Assembly (NCBI GenBank): GCA_023231475.1
Contig: JALJEE010001120.1
Location: forward strand, 62,001-99,809
Source: Seison nebaliae
Lineage: Eukaryota
Direction of reading: 5' to 3'
Length of the DNA: 37,809 nt
Shown: positions 35,552 to 37,809 of the stretch, piece after piece
Position numbering within the stretch: the stretch's first letter is position 1
How the letters are laid out: the number at the start of each line of letters is the position of its first letter
The notes under the pieces: generated by a model
The model's input: only the letters and a program-made list of their open reading frames with translations
What the model was told of the DNA's origin: nothing
The model's database searches: none
Position numbers and translations under genes: made by a program

Positions 35552-36928
35552 ATGATTTTCTGGAATTTTCTCATTCTAATTTCAATTTGTGTGACGAACG
35601 TGACGAGTTATAATGAATTATCAATTAATCAAAATAGTCGTGAGAGGAGAGATGGTAATATATCCGATAATTTCCTTGTTAACGTTCGCAAACGACGATA
35701 TATCCATTTGGAAGGTTTATTATCGTTAGTTCTCGATACGATGTTGCAGAACGGTAGACGACCGTGTTACAATCAACAACTATCAAACAAGTTCGAGGGA
35801 ATGGGAAAAGCGGGATATATCCGACAAGCTCATTTACCCGCCGCATCTAACGGTTGTGGGAGTAACAATTATATCGTCACTCCCGATATTCTTCGATATA
35901 AATTGGAACCGTTAAATTTCTGTTGCGATCAACACGATTGGTGTTATCAGAGATGTGACGTTCCTGATCAATTAACATGTGATCGGAATTTTTTGAATTG
36001 TTTAAAGAAAAGATGTCCTGGAAGTACAGCGAATGAAAAAGTTGATTGTCACAAGAACGTCGCTCATCACATGTACAATATGGTGAGAATGGTGGGAGCG
36101 AAATTATTTTGTAATGCAGAAAATGTTACAGGAAATCGAGAGGAAGAGAAAGTCTTTTTTCCCTTATGTCAAGTGGTGGAGAAGAAAGAAGAATTAACAT
36201 CTGTCACTTGGTTTCGAAAAAAGAAACGGATCGAAATCATCAAAAATGAAGATTATGTTCGACAATTCATTCGATTCTTCATTCCCAAACGTTATCAAAC
36301 GATGAGATATAACAAGAGAATTCCTCAATTCCACAATTTGATGATTGAATTGTATGGAGGCGTTTGCAAGAGCAACATGAGTGACAATCATCAATTTCTC
36401 AATTTAAATTTAAAAGAATTGGACGAATTAATTTTCCCCTTCACTAATCATTCGGATGACGATCTCTCCTGGAGATTGTTGTCCACGAAAATTCTTCTCA
36501 TGTCTCAATTATACGAAAAATTAGATGAAACGTTCAAAGAGAATTTGAAGGTTTTGGATGAGAAAAACATTTTGCTCAATTTCCATCAACATGTCAATGT
36601 GGCGATGAAAATGATCTCGGAGAATATTCCCATATTTCGTACGTGGATCAAATTTATGCCCGTCAATTGTACGAAGGAGAATTATTTTATGCATTTCTTG
36701 TCCATCATCACACAAATCAATCTACTTCATTCGAGTAGTGTCCAACCATTCCTGTTAACGGATTTCGAAGAATATCAAAACCGTTCGTTAACGATGACTG
36801 GAGTTGATGGAATTCGAACGAATTATGTGATGTTGAGACGGAGAGCGAATAACACAAGTTTGACAATTCGTTACAATTCTTGTTGGATTTTACTTCTATT
36901 CATCATCTCCTTATTGTCATCATGTTGA
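35552..36928 (+). CDS. Secreted phospholipase A2 (group XII-like domain) with long C-terminal extension
   Basis: Signal peptide from ATG 35552; NGCGS, CCDQHDWCYQRC (His-Asp) and CDRNFLNCL; hydrophobic C-terminus. Confidence 0.85.
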   Translation: MIFWNFLILISICVTNVTSYNELSINQNSRERRDGNISDNFLVNVRKRRYIHLEGLLSLVLDTMLQNGRRPCYNQQLSNKFEGMGKAGYIRQAHLPAASNGCGSNNYIVTPDILRYKLEPLNFCCDQHDWCYQRCDVPDQLTCDRNFLNCLKKRCPGSTANEKVDCHKNVAHHMYNMVRMVGAKLFCNAENVTGNREEEKVFFPLCQVVEKKEELTSVTWFRKKKRIEIIKNEDYVRQFIRFFIPKRYQTMRYNKRIPQFHNLMIELYGGVCKSNMSDNHQFLNLNLKELDELIFPFTNHSDDDLSWRLLSTKILLMSQLYEKLDETFKENLKVLDEKNILLNFHQHVNVAMKMISENIPIFRTWIKFMPVNCTKENYFMHFLSIITQINLLHSSSVQPFLLTDFEEYQNRSLTMTGVDGIRTNYVMLRRRANNTSLTIRYNSCWILLLFIISLLSSC

Positions 36929-37809
36929 GGATGTTCCATTTATTTCATTCTTCCACCGTTTCACCATTTGTTATGAAAAAATTATTTTGTTATATTAAAT
37001 CATTTTCCCGGTCGATTCTTTTTTTTTTCAAACTCCAAAAATTTATTGCCTATCTATTTTTCGTTCATTTCAGTTTACAGTCAAATAAATAATCTGAAAA
37101 ATCATCTTTCCAATTTTCTCATAAAATAATAGAAAGAGAACAATGAAAAAAATCAAAATAATTTGAATATGTCAAAAACAATGCTAATTAAGATAGCACT
37201 TTAATTTTTTTACAAATTAGTTTTAAATTAGTGTCTAAATTCATACAAATTGTATTATATGCAGAATGATAGATAATTGTACAGAAATATAAAATTAATC
37301 ACTGTAATTCAAAGTTGAAATATTTGATTTATTTGTAGACTAGACAAGACTAGGTAATTTTGATGAAAATAAAATTCAAATGATAAATCCTATTAATTTC
37401 ATGAAGAATTGAAGAATTTGGTAGAAATCCTTTAAGAATTTCTTCAATTCTTATTTTATGATATACGATATTTGAATTTTGATTATACGATTTCAATCCA
37501 CACTTCAAATTTAGTTAGACGATGGAATAGTTCTAGAACAGAGACATAATTAGACATAGGAATTAAAGGTCTGGTGGAAGACTAATATGAATGTGAAGAA
37601 TAATCCGTTCGAAATGGAATCTGTCAAGTTTTTAAATCTTCATTCCCTCATTTTCCGGCGTTATCCAAATGTTTCCCATTGTCATTTATGTTCGGAAAGG
37701 TTAATGTTAATCTGCTTTTTTGTGGTAACGATTAACGGAGAATTTCTCGGACGATGTACAAAATGTAGATGTAGAAAAAGGAAAACATTAGAACTTAAAA
37801 ATTAGGAAA

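Noticed and set aside
37587..37805. 72-aa Cys-containing ORF at the window end
   Set aside because: Short, no recognisable family, and no context to evaluate it.

Overview
AT-rich, gene-dense eukaryotic DNA from a compact-genome animal. The Ig/FN3 receptor, PPP1R16 and roh-like genes suggest a protostome invertebrate, but the species cannot be fixed from sequence alone. I reconstructed 16 protein-coding genes by hand: EPRS/GluRS (partial), SSR2, a possible NDUFA4-like protein, CFAP90-like, an orphan membrane protein, an Ig-FN3 receptor, an OFA/MCT-type MFS transporter, NAA50, PPP1R16, an endosomal NHE, roh-like, a TSP1-like membrane protein, OSCP1, EXOC5, a CK1-group pseudokinase and a group XII-like PLA2. 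The main surprise is the splicing code. Of 37 introns whose boundaries restore conserved reading frames, 36 begin GTT and 1 begins GTC; none has the usual GTA/GTG. All five long introns begin GTTA (three GTTAGT), and 9 of 37 end in AAG. This points to a spliceosome (U1/U6 or associated proteins) retuned to a +3 U donor. Also notable are two RFX X-boxes upstream of OSCP1 and AG acceptors just before many start codons, which may indicate SL trans-splicing. All intron calls are manual inferences without transcript data.
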